This document shows positions 1-9,891 of a DNA stretch of 52,187 nt, one piece after another (position 1 is the stretch's first letter; every line of letters starts with the position of its first letter). The notes beneath the pieces were generated by a model, which was not told where the DNA came from, made no database searches, and worked only from the letters and a program-made list of their open reading frames with translations. Origin of the DNA: an uncultured Candidatus Saccharibacteria bacterium (lineage in GTDB: Bacteria; Patescibacteriota; Minisyncoccia; Phycocordibacterales; JAACPR01); assembly GCA_964507955.1 (NCBI GenBank), contig CAZDRR010000002.1, positions 2,665 to 54,851 on the forward strand. The letters run 5' to 3'. The translations under genes were made by a program, and so were the position numbers.

Positions 1-344
1 CTATTCCTGGTGCAAGTGCCCTTACTGCTGCTTTATCTATTTCAGGTTTACCTTTATCAGAATTTACTTTTGTCGGTTTTTTGCCACATAAGAAAGGAAG
101 ACAAAAAAAACTTGATCAAGCACTTTCTTTTGCTCACACTGTTGTGTTTTACGAATCTACACATAGGATAATCAAATTACTGGAAGAAATACATCAGCGT
201 CAGCCAGAAAGAAATATTATCATCTGCAAAGAGATTACAAAGGTTCACGAGAGAGTTCTTGTGGGGACAGCATTAAATTTGGTTGATGAATTTTCAAAGA
301 ACCCATCTTTACAAAAAGGAGAATTTGTTTTGATTTGTGAATAA
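1..344 (+). CDS. rsmI: 16S rRNA (cytidine1402-2'-O)-methyltransferase, 5'-truncated by window edge
   Basis: Frame open from base 3: IPGASALTAALSISGLPLSEFTFVGFLPHKKGRQ...VFYESTHRI...KEITKVHE...KGEFVL, typical RsmI C-terminal half. Confidence 0.92.
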   Translation, partial: IPGASALTAALSISGLPLSEFTFVGFLPHKKGRQKKLDQALSFAHTVVFYESTHRIIKLLEEIHQRQPERNIIICKEITKVHERVLVGTALNLVDEFSKNPSLQKGEFVLICE

Positions 345-380
345 TTTTGGATAAATAAACCTTTCATTTATAATACGATT

Positions 381-698
381 ATGAAAGTGTATAAATTTGT
401 ATTTTTAGTAGGTTTTTTGAATCTCATTATTCCATTTTTAGGTATCCCGTTTATATATAAAGAATACACATTAATCTCACTTGCAATAATTACACTTGCG
501 TATGGACTAATTTTGAGGACTGTTGAAAAGGAGAGAGAATTTAATAAAAAACAAAGACAGTATACTGAAAAACAGATATTGCAAGAAAGAAAAATAGAAG
601 ATGTTGTTGATATGAATGAAAAAATTTCTCAAGTTGATGTTGGGCCAAAAAGAAGAGGGAGAAAACCTAAACAGGTACAAGAAACAGTCTATGAATAA
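381..698 (+). CDS. Small hypothetical membrane protein (2 N-terminal hydrophobic segments, charged tail)
   Basis: 105-aa ORF; TATAAT at 369-374 six nt before ATG; stop overlaps next start (ATGAATAA). Confidence 0.75.
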   Translation: MKVYKFVFLVGFLNLIIPFLGIPFIYKEYTLISLAIITLAYGLILRTVEKEREFNKKQRQYTEKQILQERKIEDVVDMNEKISQVDVGPKRRGRKPKQVQETVYE

Positions 699-1875
699 AT
701 TAATTATAATTGCAATAATAGCAAGTTGTGTGATAGGTGGATATGTCTATCTAGAATCTACTAAAACCTCTGCAACATATATACCAAAATCAAACATTAA
801 ACAGGATTCATTAAGCATAGATTCGGTTCAGAATAACTCTTCTAGTGTTATACATATAAAAACACCTAATCCTGTCAAAGCTATTTATATGACTGCATGT
901 GTATTGAGTACTAATGAATTTAAAAAAAGTTTAGTTGATTTAATTGATCAAACAGAGATTAATTCAATTGTCATAGATATTAAAGATTTTAGTGGGACAA
1001 TTTCATTCCCTACAAATAATCCAAAACTTGTCGGCACACAAGGGACTGGTTGTAAAGCAAAAGATGTAAAAGAATTTATTGAAGAATTACATAAAAAAAA
1101 TATTTATGTAATCGGCAGAGTTACTGTATTCCAAGATCCTGTTATGACTAAGCTTAGACCTGACTTGGCTGTAAAAAGGGCAAGTGATGGTGCTGTTTGG
1201 AAAGACAATAAAGGAATAAGTTTTGTAGATGTTGGTGCAAAAGAACATTGGGATTATATTATAGAGCTTGCAAAAGAATCTTACAGTATTGGATTTGATG
1301 AAATTAACTTTGATTACGTTAGATATCCATCGGATGGAAATATGAAGGATATCGCGTTTACTCATAGTGATGGAAATAATAAGCCTGAGAGTCTTAGAAA
1401 ATTTTTTGAATATCTACATGGACAATTAAAAGATAGTGGAATTGTTACGTCGGTAGATCTCTTTGGTATGACAACTACAAATTATGATGATCTTAATATT
1501 GGACAAGTTTTAGAGAAAGCACTTCCTTATTTTGATTATGTTGCGCCTATGGTGTATCCATCACATTATCCTGATAATTTTAATGGTTGGAAGAATCCTG
1601 ATGACTATCCACATGATTTAATTTATTTTGTAATGAAATCAGGTGCTGATAGAGCAGATGCATTGAAAAATGCAACAAGTACTCCGGCTGACATAAAGGC
1701 GCGGGTAGGCAAACAACAGCTTAGAACTTGGATTCAAGATTTTGATTATGGAGGGGATTATGGACCTGTTGAAGTTAGGGCTCAGATAAATGCTTCAGTT
1801 GAAGCAGGAGTTCCTTCTTGGATGATTTGGGCACCAAGTAATAAATATACAAGAGACGCACTTAAAAGTGAATAA
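691..1875 (+). CDS. Membrane-anchored putative glycoside hydrolase (DUF4015-like TIM barrel)
   Basis: N-terminal anchor; INSIVIDIKDFSG, GRVTVFQDP, GFDEINFDYVRYP, APMVYPSHY, WIQDF motifs. Start moved from 616 to ATG 691, which overlaps the upstream stop. Confidence 0.75.
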   Translation: MNKLIIIAIIASCVIGGYVYLESTKTSATYIPKSNIKQDSLSIDSVQNNSSSVIHIKTPNPVKAIYMTACVLSTNEFKKSLVDLIDQTEINSIVIDIKDFSGTISFPTNNPKLVGTQGTGCKAKDVKEFIEELHKKNIYVIGRVTVFQDPVMTKLRPDLAVKRASDGAVWKDNKGISFVDVGAKEHWDYIIELAKESYSIGFDEINFDYVRYPSDGNMKDIAFTHSDGNNKPESLRKFFEYLHGQLKDSGIVTSVDLFGMTTTNYDDLNIGQVLEKALPYFDYVAPMVYPSHYPDNFNGWKNPDDYPHDLIYFVMKSGADRADALKNATSTPADIKARVGKQQLRTWIQDFDYGGDYGPVEVRAQINASVEAGVPSWMIWAPSNKYTRDALKSE

Positions 1876-1883
1876 AAATAAAT

Positions 1884-3626
1884 ATGATAAAAACAATTCA
1901 GTTTTATAAAAAAGTAGTTTCTTACTTTAAGCCTTTTAGGGGTGTACTTTTTATATCTTTTCTGCTTTCCATAATTCCTTCTGCACTCATGTCTTCTAAT
2001 CAATATGTTTTAGGAAAAATTGCAGATGCACTTTTTGCACAAAATGATTTATTAATAAAAAAGTTTATTATTTTATTAGCCGTATTACTCGTTGCAAAAC
2101 AATTTTTTTCTAGATTTGAAACAATTTTTGATATAAAAAAGATTGAATTTTCATTGGGAACATATTTATCAAGAATTACATTAGAAAAATCATTTAATCT
2201 GTCCTTAGGACAATTAAAACAAGAACATTCTGGCTTTAAACAAGATGTATTAAGAACTGGAGCTAATCAGATGAATCAGCTTATGTTCATGATTGTATAC
2301 GAGGTTGTTCCTTTGATTACTACAGCAATTACTGCTGCTGTTGGACTTTATTTTTTAAATATTAATTTTTTATATATCGTACTTATTTTTTCTTTTCTCT
2401 ATTTTGGTATAGGTTCATATCTGAATAGAAAAATGAGAGAACCTATAAAGAATCTCATTAAGAAGAGGATTGAAATAAATAAAATCTTCGTTGATATTTT
2501 ACAAAATTTATTCTTATTAAAATTCTCAAACAAGATGAAGCAAACAAGTTCAAGACTCGAATCTGTTCAAGAGAAGCATAATGAGTTTGGAATAAATATT
2601 TGGGTTAAATATAACTATACTCAAATAATTAGTGATATCATTTTGCTTATTTATTATGTTGCTTGTGTCTGGTATTCATTATTCTTAATTAAGACAGGAT
2701 TAATGTCAGTGGGAATGTTTATACCTCTTACTGCTTGGATGATGTCTGTTGCCTCATCAGTTGGACAACTGAGAAAATGGCAGAGAAGATTAATGATTGC
2801 TCAATCAGATATTGAAAAAATGTTTGATATGCTTGAACAAAAATCTGATATAGTCATTGATCCACATGCACGGTCTATTAAAAAATTAGAAGATAGTATT
2901 TTGTTCGAAAATCTACAATTTGATTATAAAGATGGTAAAAAACGTGCACTAGAAAATATAAACTTTGAGATAAAAAAAGGAGAAAAGGTAGCACTTGTCG
3001 GAAGGTCTGGCTCAGGAAAGACGACAATAGTATCACTATTACTTCGCTTGTACGATCCTCAAGAGGGCACTATTTTAATTGATGGTATTGATTTAAAATC
3101 TTTAGTATTGGAGGATTGGCATAATATGATTGGATATGTTCCACAAGAAGGAGATTTACTTGATATTTCAATAAAAGAAAATATTCTTTTTGGCACAAAA
3201 AAGAGGATAACTAATAAAGAAATTGAAGATGTTCTTGAAAAGGCTGGTATAAAAGAGTTTATTCATAATTTACCAAATGGTATAGATACAATTGTAGGGG
3301 AACGAGGTGTTAAATTATCTGGTGGACAAAAACAGAGAGTATGTATTGCACGAGCACTCATCAAGGATGCTCCACTTTTGTTGCTTGATGAAGCTACTTC
3401 TAGTCTAGATAGTGAGACAGAAACTGTTGTCAATAAAGCAATATGGGAGATGCTTGGAGACAAAACAGGTGTTGTTATTGCGCATAGATTGAGTACTATT
3501 ATTGATGCAGATAAAATTATAGTAATGGATCATGGAAAAATTGTAGGTATCGGAACCCATGAAGAATTGATAAAAACAACTCCGTACTATAAAAAATTAG
3601 TAGATGCACAAAATGTTAATTTATAA
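1884..3626 (+). CDS. ABC exporter, fused permease/ATPase (MsbA/MdlB-like)
   Basis: N-terminal TM domain; Walker A GRSGSGKTT, signature LSGGQKQR, LLDEATSSLD, H-loop IAHRLST. Confidence 0.93.
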   Translation: MIKTIQFYKKVVSYFKPFRGVLFISFLLSIIPSALMSSNQYVLGKIADALFAQNDLLIKKFIILLAVLLVAKQFFSRFETIFDIKKIEFSLGTYLSRITLEKSFNLSLGQLKQEHSGFKQDVLRTGANQMNQLMFMIVYEVVPLITTAITAAVGLYFLNINFLYIVLIFSFLYFGIGSYLNRKMREPIKNLIKKRIEINKIFVDILQNLFLLKFSNKMKQTSSRLESVQEKHNEFGINIWVKYNYTQIISDIILLIYYVACVWYSLFLIKTGLMSVGMFIPLTAWMMSVASSVGQLRKWQRRLMIAQSDIEKMFDMLEQKSDIVIDPHARSIKKLEDSILFENLQFDYKDGKKRALENINFEIKKGEKVALVGRSGSGKTTIVSLLLRLYDPQEGTILIDGIDLKSLVLEDWHNMIGYVPQEGDLLDISIKENILFGTKKRITNKEIEDVLEKAGIKEFIHNLPNGIDTIVGERGVKLSGGQKQRVCIARALIKDAPLLLLDEATSSLDSETETVVNKAIWEMLGDKTGVVIAHRLSTIIDADKIIVMDHGKIVGIGTHEELIKTTPYYKKLVDAQNVNL

Positions 3627-3671
3627 AAACACGGCTTTATATAAGCTTTTTTTATGATATTATAGAAAATT

Positions 3672-4946
3672 ATGATTCCATACAAACATATACACTTTAT
3701 AGGGATAGGAGGAATTGGAATGTCTGCACTCGCACGGATGTGTCTTTCATATGGAATTAAAGTTTCGGGCTCTGATGGAAATGATTCTCAGATTCTTAAA
3801 GATTTACAATCCGAAGGTGCTGAAATTTTTATCGGACATAACAAAGAACACATTCAAAATTCAGTAGATTGCGTTGTATATACTCTTGCTATTGATGATT
3901 TGAATGAAGAGTTGCAGGAATCTCGCATTAAAAATATACCTCTTTATACATATGCACAGATGCTCGGAGAAGTATCAAAAGATATGTACACGATTGCTGT
4001 TGCAGGAACACATGGAAAAACAACAACAACTGCTATGGTTGCAGATGTGTTTTTAAAAAATAATAAAAAGCCTCATGTAATTGTTGGAAGCCTTCTTGCA
4101 CAGACAGGATCAAACTATATTCATGGAGAAGAGGATATTTTTATAGTTGAAGCATGTGAATATAAAAGATCATTTTTAAATTTAAATCCAAATATTTTAT
4201 TAATTACAAATATTGATGAAGACCACTTGGATTATTATAAAGATCTAAATGACATTCATGATGCATTTAGAACTTTGGTTCAAAAAGTTCCAAAAGAAGG
4301 ATTTATAATTTGTGATAGTGATGATAAAAAAGTAAAGCCTGTTATAAAAGATTGTTTGGCAACAGTAATTGATTATAAAAAATATATTTCAGAAATTCCG
4401 GAACTTACAGTACTTGGTGATCATAATATTCTGAATGCATCGTTAGTGTTGGCACTTTCTAATATACAGAATTTTGATTTTCAAGTTTCAAAACAAGCTC
4501 TCTCTGATTTTAAGGGAACATGGAGGAGGCTTGAATTCAAAAAAGATTTTGGTGCTTTAAAGTTGTATGATGATTATGCACATCATCCGACTGAAATTAA
4601 CGCTGGAATATTAGCATTTAAAAAACGTTTTCCAGATCTTCCACTAATTCTTGTATTTCAACCTCATTTATATTCAAGAACAAAAGAGCATTTTAATGAA
4701 TTTGTAGAAGTGCTTGCAAAAGCAGATATGGTTGTTGTTCTACCTATTTATGCAGCGAGGGAACCTCAAGACGACTCTATTAATTCTCAAATGCTTGTTG
4801 ATGCGTTAAAAGAAAGAGGGGCTCATGCACAATATACTTCAGATTTTGAATCAGTACAAAAAGATATTAGAGAGAATAAAGATAAGCCAGCCGTTGTTGT
4901 TACTGTCGGGGCAGGAGATGTGTATAAGATAATTGATCAATTATAA
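3672..4946 (+). CDS. murC: UDP-N-acetylmuramate--L-alanine ligase
   Basis: HFIGIGGIGMSALA, AGTHGKTTTT, EACEY, DDYAHHPTEI, FQPHLYSRT. Confidence 0.93.
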   Translation: MIPYKHIHFIGIGGIGMSALARMCLSYGIKVSGSDGNDSQILKDLQSEGAEIFIGHNKEHIQNSVDCVVYTLAIDDLNEELQESRIKNIPLYTYAQMLGEVSKDMYTIAVAGTHGKTTTTAMVADVFLKNNKKPHVIVGSLLAQTGSNYIHGEEDIFIVEACEYKRSFLNLNPNILLITNIDEDHLDYYKDLNDIHDAFRTLVQKVPKEGFIICDSDDKKVKPVIKDCLATVIDYKKYISEIPELTVLGDHNILNASLVLALSNIQNFDFQVSKQALSDFKGTWRRLEFKKDFGALKLYDDYAHHPTEINAGILAFKKRFPDLPLILVFQPHLYSRTKEHFNEFVEVLAKADMVVVLPIYAAREPQDDSINSQMLVDALKERGAHAQYTSDFESVQKDIRENKDKPAVVVTVGAGDVYKIIDQL

Positions 4947-4959
4947 AGTAATTAAAAAA

Positions 4960-5000
4960 CAATTAAAAAGGTGGACCCAAAGGGTCCACCTTTTTAATTG
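4960..5000. terminator. Perfect 19-bp inverted repeat, GGACCC-N3-GGGTCC family copy 1
   Basis: caattaaaaaggtggaccc-aaa-gggtccacctttttaattg directly after murC. Confidence 0.85.
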
Positions 5001-5035
5001 CTAATCAATACAAGCTACCTTATAATAAAAGACAA

Positions 5036-6904
5036 ATGACAAACCCAAATAAAGTAGTATATTTTGCCGAGACTGATGCACGTAATTCTCGTGTTAAGTT
5101 TGGAATAAAGCAAAAAGATCGTTCTCGTCATATCTATGTAATTGGGAAAACTGGTATGGGTAAGTCTACTCTTCTTGAAAATATGGCTGCTCAAGATATT
5201 CAAGATGGAAATGGAATGTGTTTTATAGATCCTCACGGAAAGACAGCAGAACTTCTTCTTGAGTATATTCCAAAAGAGCGAATCAACGATGTTCTTTATT
5301 TTGCTCCATTTGATATGGAATATCCTATTTCTTTTAATATTATGGAAGATGTTGGATACGACAAAAGACACCTTGTTGTTTCAGGTCTAATGAGTGCATT
5401 CAAAAAAATATGGAAGGATGCGTGGTCTGCTCGAATGGAATATATTCTTTCTAATACATTATTTGCACTGCTTGAATATCCTGATGCTACATTATTATCT
5501 GTAAATAGAATGCTTTCTGATAAAACATTTAGAAAAAAAGTTGTTGAAAATATTACAGATACGGCAGTAAAAAGCTTTTGGGTAGATGAGTTTGCAAATT
5601 ATACGGAGCGTATGGCAGCTGAAGCTGTTCCTGCTATCCAAAATAAAGTTGGACAGTTTACTTCAAATCCTCTTATTAGAAATATTATTGGTCAACCAAA
5701 GTCCAGTTTTGATTTAAGAGAGATGATGGATAGTAAAAAGATTATTATCGTAAACTTATCAAAAGGACGAATGGGTGAGTCAAATGCTCAACTTTTAGGG
5801 TCTCTTCTTGTTACAAAAATTTATCTTGCTGCAATGAGTCGTGCTGATGCTGGTCCGCATGAGATTGATTTACTTCCTGATTTCTCTCTTTTTGTTGATG
5901 AGTTTCAGTCTTTTGCAAATGAATCATTTGCCGATATTTTATCTGAAGCCCGAAAATATAAATTAAATTTACATATCGCTCATCAATATGTAGAACAGAT
6001 GCCAGAAGAAGTGCGTGCCGCTGTATTCGGTAACGTCGGTACACTTGTTACGTTTAGAGTAGGTTCAACTGATGCTGAACTCTTTGAAAAGGAATTTGCT
6101 CCCGTATTTACACAACAAGATATCGTAAATCTAGGTTTTGCTCAAATTTATCTACGGCTTATGATTGATGGAATTGGTTCTAAGCCTTTTTCTGCTCGTA
6201 CATTGCCACCTCTACCTGCACCAGAACAAAACAGTACATTTGAGGCTGTGGATGCTTCTAGACGCCAATTTTCAAGACCACGAGCAGAAGTAGAGGAACT
6301 TGTTAAAAAACTTACGAATATGGGTAAAGCAGAAGAACAACAAGCAAAATCCAATGTACAACCCAAAAAACAAGAGAGTAGAAGTGAAAATAAAACCAAA
6401 AGTCGTTCAAATTCTGAAGCAAGAATAGAAAAAAAAGAAACTCTTCAGCAACAAAAACCCGCACTCAGTAAAGATAAAGAGATTGAGCTTAAGAGACAGC
6501 TTGAAGAGGCTAAAAAGAAAGTTATTGATGAACTAGATGTTCAGATAGAGCAAGATCAACAAACAGAGAATGAAATTTCTCTTAAAGAAATTGTCGCGAA
6601 ACCAGGACAAAAAGAAGTTACAAAAGAAAATAAAAATGCACTTAAAGATGCTCTATTAAAGGTTCTTCAACAAAATGGTGCAACTCAAGAAGAGACTAAA
6701 ACATATTCAAATACATCTGTTAGTATTGAAGATACTGTTAAACAAACTCATTCCGAAAAAGTTGTTGTTGAGATAGGGGAGATTCCTAAATTAAATAAAG
6801 AAGAAGATATTCAAAACGAACTTCCAAAGCAATCCGGTTCTGTTGTAAAACCAGGAGAAATACCAGAAGATCAATTGAAGAAGTTACTTGAGGTTGAGCA
6901 GTAA
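5036..6904 (+). CDS. VirD4/TrwB/HerA-like P-loop ATPase (type IV secretion system DNA-binding-domain / DUF87 type) with long charged C-terminal tail
   Basis: Walker A GKTGMGKS, IDPHG, Walker B LFVDEFQ, SEARKY...HQY; about 190-aa low-complexity E/K/Q tail; promoter TTGCTA(4998)-N17-TATAAT(5021). Confidence 0.85.
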   Translation: MTNPNKVVYFAETDARNSRVKFGIKQKDRSRHIYVIGKTGMGKSTLLENMAAQDIQDGNGMCFIDPHGKTAELLLEYIPKERINDVLYFAPFDMEYPISFNIMEDVGYDKRHLVVSGLMSAFKKIWKDAWSARMEYILSNTLFALLEYPDATLLSVNRMLSDKTFRKKVVENITDTAVKSFWVDEFANYTERMAAEAVPAIQNKVGQFTSNPLIRNIIGQPKSSFDLREMMDSKKIIIVNLSKGRMGESNAQLLGSLLVTKIYLAAMSRADAGPHEIDLLPDFSLFVDEFQSFANESFADILSEARKYKLNLHIAHQYVEQMPEEVRAAVFGNVGTLVTFRVGSTDAELFEKEFAPVFTQQDIVNLGFAQIYLRLMIDGIGSKPFSARTLPPLPAPEQNSTFEAVDASRRQFSRPRAEVEELVKKLTNMGKAEEQQAKSNVQPKKQESRSENKTKSRSNSEARIEKKETLQQQKPALSKDKEIELKRQLEEAKKKVIDELDVQIEQDQQTENEISLKEIVAKPGQKEVTKENKNALKDALLKVLQQNGATQEETKTYSNTSVSIEDTVKQTHSEKVVVEIGEIPKLNKEEDIQNELPKQSGSVVKPGEIPEDQLKKLLEVEQ

Positions 6905-7651
6905 TTTTCTTAGTATTATTTTTAAAATCCAAAATATATAACTTTGAAAATAATTAGGATATTGTTTTTTATAGTTTTTAATAGTCTTGAAACTATTTAT
7001 TGTTTGCCTTAAATTTTTTGTTTGTGTCTCTCCATCGGGGTTAATCAAATATTCTGTTGTATATTCATCTAAATTTATAAATTTTCCAATAAGACCGAGT
7101 TTTAACCATAATGCGTAATCTTCCAATAAATAATTTTCAACCTTATAAGGATCTTTCTCTAAAACCTCTTTTCTAAATACTACAGTTGAATGAATGAAAG
7201 GATTTTTTCTTAGTATTTTTTTTCTGATTGATATGTCACTGATTGGGTAGTTACTTTTTTTTAGAATTTGACCTTTTTTAAAAAAGGCTTGAGTTCCAAC
7301 AAGAACATAGTCCTTATTGCTTTCTAAGAAATCTATTTGCTTCTCAAGCTTGTCTTCTGTTATCCATATGTCATCTCCATCTATTCTTGCTATATATTCT
7401 CCTTTTGCGATAGAGATACCATTATTGAGGTTTTTTATTAGGCCAAGGTTAGTATTATTTTTTATATAGACTATCCTTGAATCGTTAAAAGAACGAATAA
7501 TATCATCTGTCTTGTCGGATGAACAATCATTAATTATGATAAGTTCAAAATTTTTATATGTTTGTTGTAGTACGCTCTTAATTGAGCGAGTTAATGTTTT
7601 TTCAACATTGAAAGCTGGAAGTATTATGCTTATTTTTATATCTGTATCCAT
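6884..7651 (-). CDS. Glycosyltransferase family 2
   Basis: ISIILPAFN, IINDCSSD, ARIDGDD, HSTVVFRK, EDYALW. Confidence 0.9.
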   Translation of the reverse strand: MDTDIKISIILPAFNVEKTLTRSIKSVLQQTYKNFELIIINDCSSDKTDDIIRSFNDSRIVYIKNNTNLGLIKNLNNGISIAKGEYIARIDGDDIWITEDKLEKQIDFLESNKDYVLVGTQAFFKKGQILKKSNYPISDISIRKKILRKNPFIHSTVVFRKEVLEKDPYKVENYLLEDYALWLKLGLIGKFINLDEYTTEYLINPDGETQTKNLRQTINSFKTIKNYKKQYPNYFQSYIFWILKIILRKLLLNLK

Positions 7652-8418
7652 GTTTTAGGTAAAATATTTAATTCGTCTGATTTTTTGTTTGTAGTCCATT
7701 GTTTGGGTGCTATAACTATTTTACTAGAATTTTGATTAAGCCATGCACCCCACCAAGAAAATGTTGAATTTGCTATTATATTATGTTTACAATATGACAT
7801 AAGTATCAATTCTTCACATTCGTTTAGATTTGGGTTTGAAACATATACTGCAGTATCTACCTTTAAATTTTCTTTTACCCAATTAATATCATCTGAAAAG
7901 ATAAAAAAAACGGGTGAAGATATTAACTTTGTTATTTTTAAAATCGCATATTCATAATATGAAAGATTGCAAGTACCATGATATTTATTTGTTTTAGGAT
8001 TTGCAACATAATCACCACGGCGGATATGAATTGAAACTGAGTTAGAATTACTTTTGATTTGCTCTGCAAGTTCTTGTGCGGCGGGTGAGAGAGGCTCCTT
8101 AAGAGTAATCTCATTACGAATTATCTGCTCTATTGATTTAAAATATTTTTCAGACTGGAATAGATTATAATTTCCAGATAGTTTTGAGTATATTTTCTTA
8201 GAAAGTTTTGTTAATATATTTTCTTTTTTATTTATAAAAATAATAGATTCTGGAATATTAAATTTTTTTAATAAAAAGGGGCGGGAAGTATCTTTTAATA
8301 TTTCTTTAAAAAAAGAAATATTAAAAAGAACTTTTTTGTTTTTTTTAATTAAACTTCTACCATATGCATATTGAAAGAGTTGATTACCAAGCCCTCCTTT
8401 TATGTCTATTGTTTTCAT
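7636..8418 (-). CDS. Alpha-1,2-fucosyltransferase-like (GT11)
   Basis: GGLGNQLFQYA, SIHIRRGDY, IFSDD, IIANSTFSWWGAWL. Confidence 0.9.
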   Translation of the reverse strand: MKTIDIKGGLGNQLFQYAYGRSLIKKNKKVLFNISFFKEILKDTSRPFLLKKFNIPESIIFINKKENILTKLSKKIYSKLSGNYNLFQSEKYFKSIEQIIRNEITLKEPLSPAAQELAEQIKSNSNSVSIHIRRGDYVANPKTNKYHGTCNLSYYEYAILKITKLISSPVFFIFSDDINWVKENLKVDTAVYVSNPNLNECEELILMSYCKHNIIANSTFSWWGAWLNQNSSKIVIAPKQWTTNKKSDELNILPKTWIQI

Positions 8419-8427
8419 GGTTTTTAA

Positions 8428-9192
8428 CTATTTTTTAATAAACCAGAAACAGCCGCATGCATAATAAGAATCTTTTATATCTTCTTTTTTTGCATATCTT
8501 ATTAATCCTCCTTGTTCATCTCTTTCTGGTATAAATGCAAATTCTTTTAATTCGAATTGTTCATCACATACCATACTAATAATTTGATCATAGGAATATA
8601 TTCTGTGAGCGTTATACTCTATTCGGGGTGTTTTGCCTATTGGTACGACTATAAGTAAAGATCCTTCTTTTTTAACTACTCTTTTTAATTCATTAACTGC
8701 TTTAATGTCATCATTTGGACCTACAGGATCACCATACCTTCCTATTCCTACATGTTCGATTGTATGCATACATGATAATGAAGATAGGGAGTTTGATTCA
8801 AAAGGTAAATTACATAAGTCTCCAGGGTGTGTTTCTAAGTCAGATAAAATAAGATCTGCTGGTCTATAATCGTAAAATTTTATTGGTGTGAAAGCAGATA
8901 CGATACCTGCAAAAAAAAGACTTGAAGATATATCTGTATGAAAATCAGGATTTATTTCTCGTACAACTCTTGCTGCCCAGGATGTATGGTAAACATAATG
9001 TCTGTCAAAATGCGTTGTCTTGGTTCTCTCATTTGTAATAGGGTATAGATCTAATGGTGAAATCTTAAAACCTCTTTTTTTGTCTGATAATTTTTTAAAT
9101 TTCAGTAATTGAAATAGTACAATCACTGATTTTGGATTTCTTAGTACTCTATAAAATTTAAATAATATCTTTCTAATTTTGTGATTATTCAT
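8428..9192 (-). CDS. DUF268-like SAM-dependent methyltransferase-fold protein
   Basis: DRHYVYHTSWAAR, SLSCMHTIEHVGIGRYGDP, LLIVVP...NAHRIY. Confidence 0.75.
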   Translation of the reverse strand: MNNHKIRKILFKFYRVLRNPKSVIVLFQLLKFKKLSDKKRGFKISPLDLYPITNERTKTTHFDRHYVYHTSWAARVVREINPDFHTDISSSLFFAGIVSAFTPIKFYDYRPADLILSDLETHPGDLCNLPFESNSLSSLSCMHTIEHVGIGRYGDPVGPNDDIKAVNELKRVVKKEGSLLIVVPIGKTPRIEYNAHRIYSYDQIISMVCDEQFELKEFAFIPERDEQGGLIRYAKKEDIKDSYYACGCFWFIKK

Positions 9193-9195
9193 GTT

Positions 9196-9891
9196 TCAAT
9201 CATTAAGCTTGTAATCTTCATTAATATAAAGAGTATTTATATATGTTTCTGCAATTTTTCTATAACGTATTTCTTTCATAAAAGAATCATATTCTTCATT
9301 TACCTTTTCTCCTCGTTTATTTTTTTCATACTCAAGTGTTTCAAGTAATATGAATGAGGGTCTATATTTATTCCAATTATTTGTTTTTAAAATTTCAAGA
9401 TCGTATCCTTCGGTATCTATAGACATAAAATCTATATGTTTATCTTGCACATAGAAATCGAGTACATTCTCCAACCTTTTTGTATCTATATTAAGAACAC
9501 TTTTAATTTTATGTCCCATTAATTCATATTTATCTGCGATTTCTTTATCAAATGTAGACAGAGTATCTTCTTTAAATAGGTAAAAAGGAAGGATGGATTC
9601 TGTACTAGAAATTCCTATATTTAAATTTATATCTTTTGGCCTTTTCTTTTTAAATAATTGTAGATTAAATGGATTAGGTTCGATATTAATTCCATGCCAA
9701 CCCAGTCTATTTAATAGGTAGGTGTTATTTAACTTCTTTGGATGATTTGCTCCTATATCAATGTAAAAACCTTTATAATTCGGTTTATTAATTATACTAA
9801 GTAGTATAATATCTTCGCCATTTTGAGAGTACACGACTTGGCTTCCAAATAACTTTAATCTTATCTTCCTAATTAATTCAAAGTATTTCAT
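9196..9891 (-). CDS. FkbM-family methyltransferase
   Basis: YSQNGED, YIDIGANHP...NNT, GWHGINIEPNP, FMSIDTEGYD. Confidence 0.9.
   Translation of the reverse strand: MKYFELIRKIRLKLFGSQVVYSQNGEDIILLSIINKPNYKGFYIDIGANHPKKLNNTYLLNRLGWHGINIEPNPFNLQLFKKKRPKDINLNIGISSTESILPFYLFKEDTLSTFDKEIADKYELMGHKIKSVLNIDTKRLENVLDFYVQDKHIDFMSIDTEGYDLEILKTNNWNKYRPSFILLETLEYEKNKRGEKVNEEYDSFMKEIRYRKIAETYINTLYINEDYKLND

Noticed and set aside
336-354. DnaA-like TGTGAATAA at 336 and 34346, and TTTGGATAA at 346
   Set aside because: At or inside coding sequence and within the number expected by chance at this AT content.
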